In this document: positions 1 through 10,133 of the stretch, piece by piece | Position numbering within the stretch: the stretch's first letter is position 1 | Layout: every line of letters starts with the position of its first letter | Source: an uncultured Actinomycetota bacterium | GTDB taxonomy: Bacteria; Actinomycetota; Geothermincolia; Geothermincolales; RBG-13-55-18 | NCBI GenBank assembly: GCA_964462595.1 | Contig: CAYWXM010000023.1 | Span: forward strand, 71,543-135,542 | Reading direction: 5' to 3' | Length of the DNA stretch: 64,000 nt | Notes under the pieces: model-generated | What the model was told of the DNA's origin: nothing | What the model saw: the letters and a program-made list of their open reading frames with translations, nothing else | Databases searched by the model: none | Translations under genes and position numbers: made by a program

Positions 1-157
1 GTATTGCCGCCACCCTTGCCTCTTCTCGCTGCCCGCGTCGCGAAACCGGTGGCTCCGCGTAATCAGCCCGTCCCTCATCGTACTCGAGCATCTCTTCGAA
101 TTCATCGTCCTCCACGAGCCCGAGATATATCAGGGCCCTGCGAAAAAACCCAGCCAT
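1..157 (-). CDS. sepF: cell division protein SepF, N-terminal part only; the 3' end of the gene runs off the window start
   Basis: The reverse strand reads ATG at 155-157 and then MAGFFRRALIYLGLVEDDEFEEMLEYDE..., matching the conserved SepF N-terminus (YLGLVEDD). A GGGAGG RBS sits just upstream. The gene lies directly downstream of yggS. It is not in the ORF track because there is no in-window stop. Confidence 0.55.
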   Translation of the reverse strand, partial: MAGFFRRALIYLGLVEDDEFEEMLEYDEGRADYAEPPVSRRGQREEARVAAI

Positions 158-177
158 TGCGATACCTCCCAAAAATC

Positions 178-855
178 TCAGGCCGCAAATATAGCCGTAC
201 CTATGCGGACCATATTGGCTCCCTCTTCCACTGCGACCTCGAAATCCTGCGTCATGCCCATACTCAGGACATCGAGTGCATGCGACGGATGTTCGCTCTC
301 GAGAACGTCGCGTAGCTCCCGCAAGTTGCGGAAGCAAGAACGAGTCTCCTCCGCGGCAACCATGGGAGCTATAGTCATAAGCCCCCGTACCCTGACTCCA
401 GGCAAGCTCAATGCTGACTCCAGCATGGACGGCGCGTCCTCCATGCTCATGCCGTATTTGCTCTCCTCGCCGGATACGTTCACCTGGAGCAGTATATCCT
501 GTTTTATCTCCAGTTCTTCCGCCCTGGAGGCCACAGCTTCCAGGAGCCGGCTGCTATCCACGGAATGGATCAAAGCCGCCCTCCCTACGACCATATTAAC
601 CTTATTTCGTTGCAAATGACCAATGAAATGCCACTGCAGGTTCAGTCCCAGCTGGTCGATCTTATCCTCGAACTCCTGTGCCCTGTTCTCGCCGAAAGCT
701 ACTTGACCTGACTCGTAAGCCTCCTTTATGGCCTGCAGGGGTCTTCCCTTGCTCACGGCCACCAACGTTATCCCGGCAGGATCCACCCCCGCTCTTGACG
801 CAGCACGGCCTATACGTTGCCTGACCGACTCCATGTTCTTCGCTAAACTTCCCAA
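178..855 (-). CDS. yggS: YggS-family pyridoxal-phosphate homeostasis protein (alanine-racemase-fold PLP-binding)
   Basis: 225-aa ORF with the typical ITLVAVSKGRP, FGENRAQE and HFIGHLQRNK motifs of the YggS/PROSC family. Confidence 0.85.
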   Translation of the reverse strand: MGSLAKNMESVRQRIGRAASRAGVDPAGITLVAVSKGRPLQAIKEAYESGQVAFGENRAQEFEDKIDQLGLNLQWHFIGHLQRNKVNMVVGRAALIHSVDSSRLLEAVASRAEELEIKQDILLQVNVSGEESKYGMSMEDAPSMLESALSLPGVRVRGLMTIAPMVAAEETRSCFRNLRELRDVLESEHPSHALDVLSMGMTQDFEVAVEEGANMVRIGTAIFAA

Positions 856-874
856 AACATCTCCTTTCCGTCAG

Positions 875-1534
875 TCATTCTTCAAAGCTGACGGAGTGTA
901 CCCCCTCTATTTCATAAAGCCTGTCCATTACCACCAGGATGTCCGTTTTTGCGGGCACGTTGACCCGCATGAGGATGGAACATTCTTTTTCCTCTCCTCC
1001 ACATTGATAGAACCTCAGCAGAACAGAGGCCAAGGCGAGCTCGTCCAGTGTGGCCTGCACGTCTTCAACCAGACCTCGCCTTGGGCTGCTGCGTATGGTG
1101 AAGTATAACCTGCGAGTTCGGAAGCGGGATATCAAGTTGTTTTCCACCCACGGAAGGGCTATTAGCACGACGAGGATTATACCCGTACAGTACAGTGAGG
1201 TAACGAAGCGGCCGGCTCCGGCAGCCATACCAACCGCCGCTGCGGCCCACATCGTTGCCGCCGTGGTTATACCGACTACGTGCGTTCCGCCGTATACGAC
1301 GATTACTCCCACACCGAGGAAACCGATGCCCACCACCACCTGCGCAGCTACCCTTGCAGGATCGGAGCCCGGGAACGCGACAAGCGAAAGTGCGGTGAAT
1401 AGAGCGGATCCCAGCGAGACCATGATATAGGTACGGAACCCGGCTGGTCGGTCTCCCCTTTCGCGCTCAAGGCCGATGATACCGCCGCACGCAGTGGCCA
1501 TGAGCAATCTCAATAGCAGGTCTGTCTCTTCCAC
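875..1534 (-). CDS. MgtC/SapB-family membrane protein
   Basis: 219-aa ORF. The N-terminal LLRLL-A-GG-IG-ERE motif plus four hydrophobic helices and a C-terminal ACT-like soluble domain are typical of MgtC. Confidence 0.8.
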   Translation of the reverse strand: MEETDLLLRLLMATACGGIIGLERERGDRPAGFRTYIMVSLGSALFTALSLVAFPGSDPARVAAQVVVGIGFLGVGVIVVYGGTHVVGITTAATMWAAAAVGMAAGAGRFVTSLYCTGIILVVLIALPWVENNLISRFRTRRLYFTIRSSPRRGLVEDVQATLDELALASVLLRFYQCGGEEKECSILMRVNVPAKTDILVVMDRLYEIEGVHSVSFEE

Positions 1535-1583
1535 CTGTCTCCCCGATAAACTAGATCCACCCCGTAATCACGGGACTCTCGCG

Positions 1584-1877
1584 TCACCCGTCTTTCCGAT
1601 ACCTGTAGGACACCACGAAATCCAGGAACTCTCCCGTCGCCTCCCCCCATTCAACCTCTACATTCGTGACCATCGAGGAAGGAGATCCCTGCCAGCACCA
1701 GTCGATCATCTTCCTGGCTGCCTCCTCCTCCCCCTCGAAGACCGCTTCGACCAGTCCTCCTTCGATGTTGCTGATCCAACCCTTGATCCCCAGCGCCTTT
1801 GCTTCGTCAACCGCATAGGAACGGTAATATACTCCCTGTACCCTGCCGTGGACTATAACGTGTGCCCTAACCGTCAT
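1584..1877 (-). CDS. acyP: acylphosphatase
   Basis: 97-aa ORF with VHGRVQGVYYR and GWISNIEGG-VEAVFEG motifs characteristic of acylphosphatase. Confidence 0.8.
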   Translation of the reverse strand: MTVRAHVIVHGRVQGVYYRSYAVDEAKALGIKGWISNIEGGLVEAVFEGEEEAARKMIDWCWQGSPSSMVTNVEVEWGEATGEFLDFVVSYRYRKDG

Positions 1878-1894
1878 TTCCTTATCGCATTTCG

Positions 1895-2731
1895 CTATCC
1901 GCGCAGGAAGACGAACGTGCCCTGCCTGCCCGTTTTTCCTTCTCTACGATAGGAGAAATATCGCCTATCGCAGCACGTGCATCCACCATGTCTCCGTATG
2001 TTGTCCTCTCTGACCCCCGCTTCCACGAGATTTATCGTATTCGCCCTGAAAAGATCGACATGATAGCCATCGCCTCTGCTCACTACGGCGCTGTTCTCGC
2101 CATATCTTTCGACGAAGAGGTGTCCTCTGCCTTCATCCACTTCGTAGCAGCAGCCGTCTATCGCCGGTCCCATCATGACCATCGCCTCTGATTGTTTTAC
2201 CCCCAGCTCTTCCCGCATCTTCTTCAACGCCAGCGCTGCGATATTTCCTATCGTTCCCTTCCAGCCCGCGTGCAGAACCGCTACCGCCCCCGCGGAGGAA
2301 AAGGCGATGATCATAGGGACGCAGTCCGCGGTCAGTACGGCCAAGACGAGGCCTTTCTCCGTCGTGAAGACCCCGTCCGTCTGCGGCAGTTCCATCGGTT
2401 TATCGCCCTCGTTCTTTGCCTCAGTCCGCGAGAAAGCGCGGGCCACACTCAAACCGTGCACCTGTTCGAGAAAGACGAATCTTCCTTGATCCATGCCCAT
2501 CTTTCGAGCGACTATCGCGCGGTTTTCACACACGCTATGCGGATTATCCCCCGTGTGATAGGCGAGGTTCAGCGAATCGTACGGCGCTCCGCTCACGCCC
2601 CCTCTGCGATCTGTGAATAAAAGCCCTATGCCCTTGCTCAGCATGTTGCCCGTGTCATGCCACCGCCAGTTCCGTATTCCGTAATGCCTGCCGACGACAG
2701 ATCCTGACCCCCAGCTACCCGTCGCATTCAT
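1895..2731 (-). CDS. pgeF: peptidoglycan editing factor PgeF / YfiH (DUF152, purine-nucleoside phosphorylase/laccase-like)
   Basis: LLFTDRRGGVSGAPYDSLNL, LTADCVP, HAGWKG and CTCCD motifs. The true start is probably the Met at about 2644, because the longer ORF overlaps the upstream corC gene. Confidence 0.8.
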   Translation of the reverse strand: MNATGSWGSGSVVGRHYGIRNWRWHDTGNMLSKGIGLLFTDRRGGVSGAPYDSLNLAYHTGDNPHSVCENRAIVARKMGMDQGRFVFLEQVHGLSVARAFSRTEAKNEGDKPMELPQTDGVFTTEKGLVLAVLTADCVPMIIAFSSAGAVAVLHAGWKGTIGNIAALALKKMREELGVKQSEAMVMMGPAIDGCCYEVDEGRGHLFVERYGENSAVVSRGDGYHVDLFRANTINLVEAGVREDNIRRHGGCTCCDRRYFSYRREGKTGRQGTFVFLRG

Positions 2732-4040
2732 CCCGTTCCAGAACCTCGAGGAGTACCATGTATATACGCCTGCCGACGACTTTCTGGGCGGTAAGGCGCA
2801 TCCCCTCGAACTCCACCGCTTCTCCCTGTTTGGGGATCTTCCCCATCAGGTTGTACATGAGTCCTCCCAGCGTGTCCCATTCGTGCGCCGGCAGCTTCGT
2901 GTCCAAGAGCTCGTTCAGGTCGTCTATGGAAATGCGCGCATCGAAAGAATACTTGCCGTCCCCAAGGCTCTCGTACAGCTCGAGGGCACTGTCGTATTCG
3001 TCGAATATCTCGCCCACTATCTCTTCCAGGAGATCCTCGATGGTCACCAGCCCGGAGGTGCCTCCATACTCGTCCAGCACGATGGCCATGTGTATTGTCA
3101 GGGTCCGCAATTCGGTCAGCAGTTCGCTGACCCTCTTGGTCTCGGGCACGAAATACGCCTCGCGCAGAAAATCTTTCGGCCTTACGTCGCTTTCGCCTCG
3201 TTTCAGGTAAGGGAGAAGGTCCTTGGCATACAGCACCCCCGCTATGTGATCGAAATCGCCGCTGAATACGGGTATGCGGGAAAAGCCCGAGCTCAGAATC
3301 ATCTCCAGCGATTCCTCCAGGTTCGCTTCCTCGTCGAGCATGACCATGTCCGTCCTGGGTATCATGACCTCGCGCACCAGGGTGTCTCCGAATTCGAAAA
3401 TGGAGTGGATAAGCTTTTTCTCCTCTGCCTCTATAACGTCCTGCTCCTCGGCGGCCGATACCAGGGCTTTTATGTCTCCCTCCGTCACGAAAGGCCCCTC
3501 CTTTATCGTCTTGCCCCCCAAGATGCGGATAACGCCGTTGGATATAAGGATGAGCAATCGCACCAGCGGGTAAAATACCACCGACAAGGCGTTTACTATA
3601 GGCGCGACGGCCATGGCCACTTTCTCGGTATTGTTGGTCGCGTAGGTCTTGGGGGCCATCTCGGAAAAGATGAAGATCAGAAAGGTCATAACGCCCGTGG
3701 CCACGGCGGCAGCCACGGGAAGCCCAAAGCTTAGCGCCAGCCCTGTCGCTATAGACGAGGCTCCCACTTGGACAAGCAGGGTGAGCATGAGTATCGTCGA
3801 GAGAAAGCGGTTCGGGTGATCCATCAGGCGGCAAAGTTTCCCCGCCCTGCGGTTTCCATCCTCTCTTAGCGAGCGGATGCGAAACCGGTTCACGCTCACC
3901 AGCGATATCTCCGCTGCCGACAGGAAAGCCGCAATGACAAGCAGTACCGCGAGTGCTGTAATGCGCCAGGCCAGTTCTCCTCCGCTTATAGCGGCAGGCA
4001 ATGGCGCAGCCGTGGTCGCATAATGGATAATGGGTATCAT
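2715..4040 (-). CDS. hemolysin/CorC-family protein (CNNM/DUF21 transmembrane domain, CBS pair, CorC_HlyC)
   Basis: 441-aa ORF with a four-TM N-terminal DUF21, a central CBS pair and a C-terminal transporter-associated domain. It occupies the conserved position after ybeY. Confidence 0.85.
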   Translation of the reverse strand: MIPIIHYATTAAPLPAAISGGELAWRITALAVLLVIAAFLSAAEISLVSVNRFRIRSLREDGNRRAGKLCRLMDHPNRFLSTILMLTLLVQVGASSIATGLALSFGLPVAAAVATGVMTFLIFIFSEMAPKTYATNNTEKVAMAVAPIVNALSVVFYPLVRLLILISNGVIRILGGKTIKEGPFVTEGDIKALVSAAEEQDVIEAEEKKLIHSIFEFGDTLVREVMIPRTDMVMLDEEANLEESLEMILSSGFSRIPVFSGDFDHIAGVLYAKDLLPYLKRGESDVRPKDFLREAYFVPETKRVSELLTELRTLTIHMAIVLDEYGGTSGLVTIEDLLEEIVGEIFDEYDSALELYESLGDGKYSFDARISIDDLNELLDTKLPAHEWDTLGGLMYNLMGKIPKQGEAVEFEGMRLTAQKVVGRRIYMVLLEVLERDECDG

Positions 4041-4471
4041 TGCTCTTCCCCTTCAAGCAGATCGAGTATTTTTCTCAACTTCCGTTCCATGAGGTCCGCG
4101 CCTTCCTCATCATCATCTTCGTAACCAAGCAGATGCAGAAGGCCGTGAGCGGCAACGAACTCCACTTCCCGCCCTCTTTTCACCCCGTATTCACGGCTCC
4201 TGGATATCACGTGCTCCGGGCAGATAACCACGTCGCCGAGAAGGTAGCCCTCGGCGCTCTCCTCGTGCAAGGGGAATGCCAGCACATCTGTGCAACCTTG
4301 CCTGGACAGGTAGCGATAGTTCATGGCCGCCATCTCATCTTCTGAGATCGTCGCTACCGAGAGCACCGCATCACTCCTGACCCCCTCCGCTCTCATCACC
4401 TTGAGGCAGCATCTTTTCAATGCCCTGAGGTCGACGGGTATGGTGGCAGCCTGGTTCACTGCCACCCTCAT
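4037..4471 (-). CDS. ybeY: rRNA maturation RNase YbeY
   Basis: 144-aa ORF with the HGLLHLLGYED zinc-binding motif. It overlaps its neighbours by 4 nt at both ends, consistent with translational coupling. Confidence 0.9.
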   Translation of the reverse strand: MRVAVNQAATIPVDLRALKRCCLKVMRAEGVRSDAVLSVATISEDEMAAMNYRYLSRQGCTDVLAFPLHEESAEGYLLGDVVICPEHVISRSREYGVKRGREVEFVAAHGLLHLLGYEDDDEEGADLMERKLRKILDLLEGEEQ

Positions 4472-6588
4472 GATATCTTTTCCTCCTTGACCAATACCGG
4501 GTACCCGATTCTTTCATGATACATACTGGAGAGTATACGCACGAACACCTTGCTCGTCTTCTCCAGCTCTTCGAGAGTGAGGCTCGAATCGCTCAACTGG
4601 CCATCTGCCAGCCTCTCTTCGATAAGCGACTGCATCAGCTGCTCCAGTTTGGCGGGCGTTGGTTTATCCAGTGTCTTGGCAGCCGCCTCGGCTGCGTCCG
4701 CGAGCATCACCAGGGCCGCCTCCTTGCTGCGTGGCTTCTCTCCCGGGTATCGGAAACGGGTTTCCGTCACCGCGTCGGAACTTGCGCCCTGCTCTAGTGC
4801 GCGGGAATAGAAATAACGTATCAGGGAAGTCCCATGGTGCTGCTTGATTATATCGGTTATCTCCTGCGGAAGACCGTATTCACGCGCCAGCTCTACACCG
4901 TCTCTTACGTGGGAGGTTATCACCAGTGCGCTGAGGTTGGGTTTTAGATTGCCATGCTCGTTCGCGCCCGCGGGCTGGTTTTCGATAAAAAAATGCGACC
5001 TCTTTATCTTGCCTATGTCGTGATAGTAAGAAGCCACCCTGGCAAGATGCGCGTCAGCGCCGATCTCCAGCGCAGCCGCATTCGCGAGGTTTCCCACCAC
5101 TACGCTGTGGCTGTACGTGCCGGGAGCCTTGGAGATGAGCTCACGTAGCAGGGGCTGGTCGGGCGAGGCCAGGTCCAGAAGCCGCATAGTAGTGGTTATG
5201 CCCGAGATCTTCTCCAGCAGCGGTAGGGAACCCAGGGTGATGATCGCGGTGAGGATGCCATTCCCCAGTCCCAGCAGTCCCGCTAGAAAGATGAACTGCA
5301 GGTCCTTGATGAGGCTAGCGGTTATCATCGAGATAAGGGAGAGAAACAGCGACAGCTCCAGCGCCGCACGTATGAGGTCCTCACGTTTCTTGATCTCCGT
5401 AACCAGCAAGGCTCCCGCGATGCCTCCCAGAAAAGCTGCGAAAGTTACGTAAATATTGCCCTTGATGAATAAGCCCGTCAGCACCCCGCCCAGTGCGACC
5501 ATGAAAAGCGCCACCAGGTCGTCAAGCAGGATCGCGAGTATCAGGCCCACCAGTGCCAGCGGGATCAGGTAACCCCACAGTGGGCTTTCGTCCATGAATA
5601 CGGAAGAGACGCGTGCCGATATGCAGAAGATGAGGAAAACCAGGCACACCATGGACACGACCCTCCAGTTGCCCGCGACCCGCGGGCGGAACCGCTTGAA
5701 AAAGACGAGAGCCATGGCATACAACACGATGGCCAGGACGCTTACGCCCAGGACCTGCTGGTAATTGCCTACCGGCGACAAGGCTCCCGCTTCGCTTAAA
5801 GAGTCCAGGGTGAGATCGTCGATGATCTCCCCCTTCTCTACGATCTTCTGTCCAACGGTGTAGGTTATGGTCACCTCCTCAACCATTTCCACTGCCGCCT
5901 CGATATCCCGTTCGATAGTCGCTGAAGAATATGCCGTGTTGGGGGCGAGAAAAGCTGCGGCCAGCTCTTCCGCCGCACGCTGATACTTTTCTTCCAGAGA
6001 TATATTATCCGCCCGCTGATATATCTCCTCACGCTTTTCATCGAGATTGTCGTAGGAGACGGGGCCGGACATGGAGGTCATGAGCAGGTCCATGGCCGCA
6101 GAATAGATCACCGATGATTCCTCTTCCGAAGCCTCGAGTATGATCTTCAGTGCACTGAAGCTTATATCTTGCTCGGTCTGTGACAGCAGCAAACCTGCTT
6201 TTTCCGTCAGCTCGGTTTCCTGGGATGAGATGTCGCGGGCAAGGTCAAAGAAGAATCCCAGCTCCGAAAGTGCCTCCATGTTTGCGGCATCGTCTACGTA
6301 AAGGCTCTCTCTCCTGCTGCGTTCAGTCTCGCGGGCGATACGCGTCGACTCCTCGTCAACCACGCTGAAGTCTCGCTGTGATATCATCGTCTCGGTGCTA
6401 GGTTTTCCGACCTCGAAACGCGCTACACGTGGCAGATATTCCATGATGAGCATAGCGAGGATCAGCGACAGAAGAATCGCCGAAATCAGTAGGGACCTTT
6501 TCTCACCGCTTTGCGGCACAAAGGACCTGTACCAGGGTTTTCGATCTTTTGAACCTTCTTTATCGTCCATCTTATCTATCACGATCAT
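4468..6588 (-). CDS. pgpH: 7TM-receptor with intracellular HD hydrolase (PgpH/YqfF-type HD phosphohydrolase)
   Basis: 706-aa ORF with an extracellular N-terminal domain, seven TM helices and a C-terminal HD domain (HDIGK motif). It sits between phoH and ybeY. Confidence 0.85.
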   Translation of the reverse strand: MIVIDKMDDKEGSKDRKPWYRSFVPQSGEKRSLLISAILLSLILAMLIMEYLPRVARFEVGKPSTETMISQRDFSVVDEESTRIARETERSRRESLYVDDAANMEALSELGFFFDLARDISSQETELTEKAGLLLSQTEQDISFSALKIILEASEEESSVIYSAAMDLLMTSMSGPVSYDNLDEKREEIYQRADNISLEEKYQRAAEELAAAFLAPNTAYSSATIERDIEAAVEMVEEVTITYTVGQKIVEKGEIIDDLTLDSLSEAGALSPVGNYQQVLGVSVLAIVLYAMALVFFKRFRPRVAGNWRVVSMVCLVFLIFCISARVSSVFMDESPLWGYLIPLALVGLILAILLDDLVALFMVALGGVLTGLFIKGNIYVTFAAFLGGIAGALLVTEIKKREDLIRAALELSLFLSLISMITASLIKDLQFIFLAGLLGLGNGILTAIITLGSLPLLEKISGITTTMRLLDLASPDQPLLRELISKAPGTYSHSVVVGNLANAAALEIGADAHLARVASYYHDIGKIKRSHFFIENQPAGANEHGNLKPNLSALVITSHVRDGVELAREYGLPQEITDIIKQHHGTSLIRYFYSRALEQGASSDAVTETRFRYPGEKPRSKEAALVMLADAAEAAAKTLDKPTPAKLEQLMQSLIEERLADGQLSDSSLTLEELEKTSKVFVRILSSMYHERIGYPVLVKEEKIS

Positions 6589-6696
6589 TATACAGCAACA
6601 TGCAACGGGGGATGCGCAGCTACCTGCATGTCAGACGCGCCGGGCCGGCCTACTGGTGAGCTCCCGCAACGTGACTGGATTTGACTTCCCCGGCTG

Positions 6697-7707
6697 TCAC
6701 CTTTCGGCCTTGCCCCTATCTATTAGCAGATCGTCGTAAAGACGGTATGCCCGCACGATCTCCTGCACGATCTTGTGTCGGACTACATCTCTTTCGTCCA
6801 TGTAGATAAATTCTATACCCTCGATGCCTTTTAGTATCTCCCTCACCACGTTCATGCCCGATGGCTGCCCTACCGGCAGGTCGATCTGCGTGATGTCCCC
6901 AGTGACCACCGCCCTCGAACCGAATCCAAGCCTGGTGAGGAACATCTTCATCTGTTCCGGCGATGTGTTCTGTGCTTCGTCCAGAACGATGAAGGAATCG
7001 TTCAGGGTGCGACCACGCATAAAAGCCAACGGTGCTACTTCGATTATCCCCTGTTCCATGTACCTGGAGAACTTCTCTACCTCCATCATCTCGTAAAGGC
7101 AGTCATATAGTGGCCTGAGATAGGGGTCTACCTTCTGGTAGATGTCCCCCGGCAAGAAACCCAGCCGCTCGCCCGCTTCCACCGCCGGACGGGTGAGTAT
7201 TATCCTTCCCACATCTTTGGAGAGAAGCGCTTTCACCGCCATGGCCATGGCCAGGTAGGTTTTACCGGTTCCCGCCGGCCCGATGGAAAAGACTATCGTG
7301 TTGGAGCGGATGGCCTCCACGTAGCGTTTCTGGTTTGGTGTCTTGGGCCTGATGACTTTTCCCCGCCTGGAGATGATGATGTCCGTGAATACCTCGGTCG
7401 GGTTGAGCTCCCCCTTCTCCATGACCATCTCGATCGCCTTTTCAACGCTATCTGTGCTCAGCGCCATACCCGACTTCAGGAGCTCTATCAACTCCTCGAA
7501 AAGCCTTCCTATGGTCTCGAGTTCTGCGGCATCGCCACTTATGGTTATCTCGTTTCCGCGTACCATTATCGTGCTTTTGAAAGCCCTCTCAATTATCTTC
7601 AACAGCTCATCGCGGTCTCCGAGGAGGCTCACCATGGGCTGGCTCCCAGGAACCAGTATCTTGAGTTCTCCGCGTCCGGAACCTTTTTCCTCCGCCAATC
7701 TTTTCAC
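6697..7707 (-). CDS. ybeZ: PhoH-family ATPase (YbeZ)
   Basis: 336-aa ORF with Walker A GPAGTGKTYLAMA and the characteristic PhoH C-terminal region. Confidence 0.9.
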   Translation of the reverse strand: MKRLAEEKGSGRGELKILVPGSQPMVSLLGDRDELLKIIERAFKSTIMVRGNEITISGDAAELETIGRLFEELIELLKSGMALSTDSVEKAIEMVMEKGELNPTEVFTDIIISRRGKVIRPKTPNQKRYVEAIRSNTIVFSIGPAGTGKTYLAMAMAVKALLSKDVGRIILTRPAVEAGERLGFLPGDIYQKVDPYLRPLYDCLYEMMEVEKFSRYMEQGIIEVAPLAFMRGRTLNDSFIVLDEAQNTSPEQMKMFLTRLGFGSRAVVTGDITQIDLPVGQPSGMNVVREILKGIEGIEFIYMDERDVVRHKIVQEIVRAYRLYDDLLIDRGKAER

Positions 7708-7731
7708 GCCCTTCCATACTCCGCCATGCAG

Positions 7732-8076
7732 TTATCCGGGCGGCCAGTGCATCTTTCTTCCTCCAAGGACATGGAAGTGCAGGTGTTGCACGATCTGCTC
7801 CGCGTCTCTTCCAACATTTGTTACAACACGCATGCCCGTAGCGGCTATGTTTTCCTCTACTGATACCATCTTCGCCACATCGAAGATATGGGAGAGAAGT
7901 TCTGCATCTCCAGCCGTCAGTTGGAGAACCGACACGATGTGCTTCCTCGGCACCACGAGGAAATGGACCGGCGCCTGGGGGTTGATGTCGCGGAACGCGA
8001 TAACCGTATCGTCGCTGTAGAGAATGTCAGCGTCCATCTTCCCGCTTGCAATGTTGCAGAAAATACAATCTTCCAT
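7732..8076 (-). CDS. HIT-family histidine-triad nucleotide-binding protein
   Basis: 114-aa ORF starting MEDCIFCNI, with the HLHFHVLGG histidine-triad motif. Confidence 0.85.
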   Translation of the reverse strand: MEDCIFCNIASGKMDADILYSDDTVIAFRDINPQAPVHFLVVPRKHIVSVLQLTAGDAELLSHIFDVAKMVSVEENIAATGMRVVTNVGRDAEQIVQHLHFHVLGGRKMHWPPG

Positions 8077-8118
8077 AATAAACCTCTCTCTATCTCATGA
8101 GCTGCTATTATTCAAGCT

Positions 8119-9426
8119 CTAACCCAATCGCTCCCGGGCTGGCAGGTTAAGAAGCGCCCTGCCGTCTTTAACCCCGCAGATCTCCAGCCTCAATATCTCG
8201 CCTGTCTTTACGTTTTCAGGAAGCCCGCTGGAGTACCCTTTTATGTAATCCTCCGTCGTCCCCGTTGCGGAGACCTCATCGTCCGTGACCGTAAGACTTT
8301 CAACTAGCATATCGCGCATTTCTCCCTTGCGATCCTCAATGTAACCTAAACGCCACTCCTCCGCCAGCCTCCTGATCGTCTGCGATCTCCTTTCTATTTC
8401 CGCGCTCGAGACACCGTCCTCGCGCCCCCAGGCCTTCGTCCCACGGCGTGCTGAAAAACGGAAAACGTGAACGCGCGACGGCCTGACTTGCTTAAGAAGG
8501 CTTACCGTATTCTGGAATGCCCCGGGGCTCTCTCCCGGATACCCCACTATCACCTCCGATGTCAGGGCAACGCGGGGCCATAGGTTATAGATGGATCCCA
8601 CCTCGTGAAGAAATCCGATCGGAGAATAACCCCTTCCCATGTCGCGGAGGATGTCCTCGTCTCCGCTCTGCAACGGAAGATGCAGATGCGGGCAGACGCG
8701 CTTATCGGCGGACCATTCGGATACCCACTCCTCCTTCAGGTCCTCCGGCTCTATCGAGCTCAACCTTACCCTGTGGTCATCTCCGATGGCGAGGATATGG
8801 CGCATGAGGTAAGCCAGATCTTTTCCCGGTCCCCGGTTGTAGCGCCCCAGGTTTACGCCGCATAAGACGATCTCCCTGATCCCCGCGGTTATTAATTCGC
8901 TTACTATTTCCAGTATCTCCCGCGTGGGACGCGATCTCTCCCTCCCCCTGGCGCGTGGAACGATACAGTAAGAGCAGTTTCTCTCGCATCCGTCCTGTAC
9001 CTTTACAAAGCCCCTGGCTCTCCTTGGCACTGTCTTTTCCGCGTTCCCCTCCGGCTGCGGAAGCATGTCCAGGATCTCTTCCAGCAAGTTATCCTTGTGC
9101 GTATTGGGAATAACCCGAACCACCCCCGGCAGGAATCGGAGTTCCTCGGGACAGACCTCCGCGTAACATCCTGCAACCACAGTTGCCGAGGCACCATACC
9201 TGTTCAACATGCGGATGATCTTGCGGCTCTTGCGGTCGCTCTCTGCCGTTACCGTGCACGTATTGACCACGCAGAGATCGGCCGTGGCCACATCGCTGGT
9301 GATGCTGTGCCCTGCTTTTTCCAGGCCCATCGCGAGTTCGTCGTTTTCCGCCTGATTCACCTTGCAGCCTATGGCATATAGCGCCACATCAGCCAATATA
9401 CACCTCACAGAAGTCCATAATGGCAC
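8119..9426 (-). CDS. mtaB: tRNA (N6-threonylcarbamoyladenosine) methylthiotransferase MtaB (radical SAM MiaB-like)
   Basis: 435-aa ORF with an MTTase N-terminal domain (the cysteines in VVNTCTVT), a radical-SAM CSYCIVP motif and a TRAM C-terminus. Its position next to rsmE and dnaJ is the usual one for mtaB (yqeV). Confidence 0.8.
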   Translation of the reverse strand: MPLWTSVRCILADVALYAIGCKVNQAENDELAMGLEKAGHSITSDVATADLCVVNTCTVTAESDRKSRKIIRMLNRYGASATVVAGCYAEVCPEELRFLPGVVRVIPNTHKDNLLEEILDMLPQPEGNAEKTVPRRARGFVKVQDGCERNCSYCIVPRARGRERSRPTREILEIVSELITAGIREIVLCGVNLGRYNRGPGKDLAYLMRHILAIGDDHRVRLSSIEPEDLKEEWVSEWSADKRVCPHLHLPLQSGDEDILRDMGRGYSPIGFLHEVGSIYNLWPRVALTSEVIVGYPGESPGAFQNTVSLLKQVRPSRVHVFRFSARRGTKAWGREDGVSSAEIERRSQTIRRLAEEWRLGYIEDRKGEMRDMLVESLTVTDDEVSATGTTEDYIKGYSSGLPENVKTGEILRLEICGVKDGRALLNLPARERLG

Positions 9427-10133
9427 CTGACGGCAGCCAAAAGCACCATCCCGGCCGTCTCTGTTCTCAACACGTTGTATCCCAGGGTAACGGGTTTTGC
9501 TCCCATGCCTGAAAGCAGTTCCCTCTCCTCGCTCGTGAATCCTCCCTCCGGGCCTATGACCAGCGCCAGGTCGCTCGGCCTCTTTGCTCCCAGTGCCTCT
9601 GCGGTCTTCGCCCCACCTTCCTCATCGGCAAATAACGAGGTTTCGAACCCCTTGAGCAGCTGCAGCGCATCTTCCCAGACGGCGACATCATCGATACGGG
9701 GAAGGAAAGGCCTTCCAGCGATACGGGCTGTTTCCAGCGCTATCCTGCGCCACCTATCCATGCGCCCGTTCAAGGATCCGTGCGGCCTGGAGGCACGCGC
9801 GCTTAAAAAGGGCTTCACGGAAGATGCCCCCAATTCCACGCTTAACTGCACGACGATATCCATCTTCGTGCCGCCTGGAAGGGCTTGAAAGATATGCATG
9901 CGTGGGCTCTCGTCCTCTATCATGATCCTGTCGTCCACGGCAACCGTTGTGTGGGTTGGAGTTATACCCATGATGGTGCCGCGTCCGGCAAGTCCCCTGC
10001 CGTCCAGCAGTATGACGCCCTCTCCGACCCGCATCCTGAGCACTCTGCTGGCGTGATGGTGATCTCCGCCCTCCAAGGTCAGGCGTTCCGCCCTTAGATC
10101 CTGCGTGGAAACATAGAACCTGGAAGTGGTCAA
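9405..10133 (-). CDS. rsmE: 16S rRNA (uracil1498-N3)-methyltransferase RsmE
   Basis: 242-aa ORF with the RsmE PUA-like N-terminus and SPOUT C-terminus (LVIGPEGGFT). It overlaps dnaJ by 4 nt. Confidence 0.85.
   Translation of the reverse strand: MTTSRFYVSTQDLRAERLTLEGGDHHHASRVLRMRVGEGVILLDGRGLAGRGTIMGITPTHTTVAVDDRIMIEDESPRMHIFQALPGGTKMDIVVQLSVELGASSVKPFLSARASRPHGSLNGRMDRWRRIALETARIAGRPFLPRIDDVAVWEDALQLLKGFETSLFADEEGGAKTAEALGAKRPSDLALVIGPEGGFTSEERELLSGMGAKPVTLGYNVLRTETAGMVLLAAVRCHYGLL

Noticed and set aside
4-315. Plus-strand 103-aa ORF at the window start
   Set aside because: It has Pro/Arg-rich low-complexity composition and lies antisense to the sepF N-terminus and the yggS 3' end, which are both well supported on the minus strand. 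It is a typical spurious antisense ORF in high-GC DNA.
2728-4056. Alternative-frame 442-aa minus-strand ORF overlapping the corC gene
   Set aside because: It is Arg/Gly/His-rich with no domain, fully embedded in a gene that has a clear CNNM-CBS-CorC architecture in another frame. It is an artefact of high GC at the third codon position.
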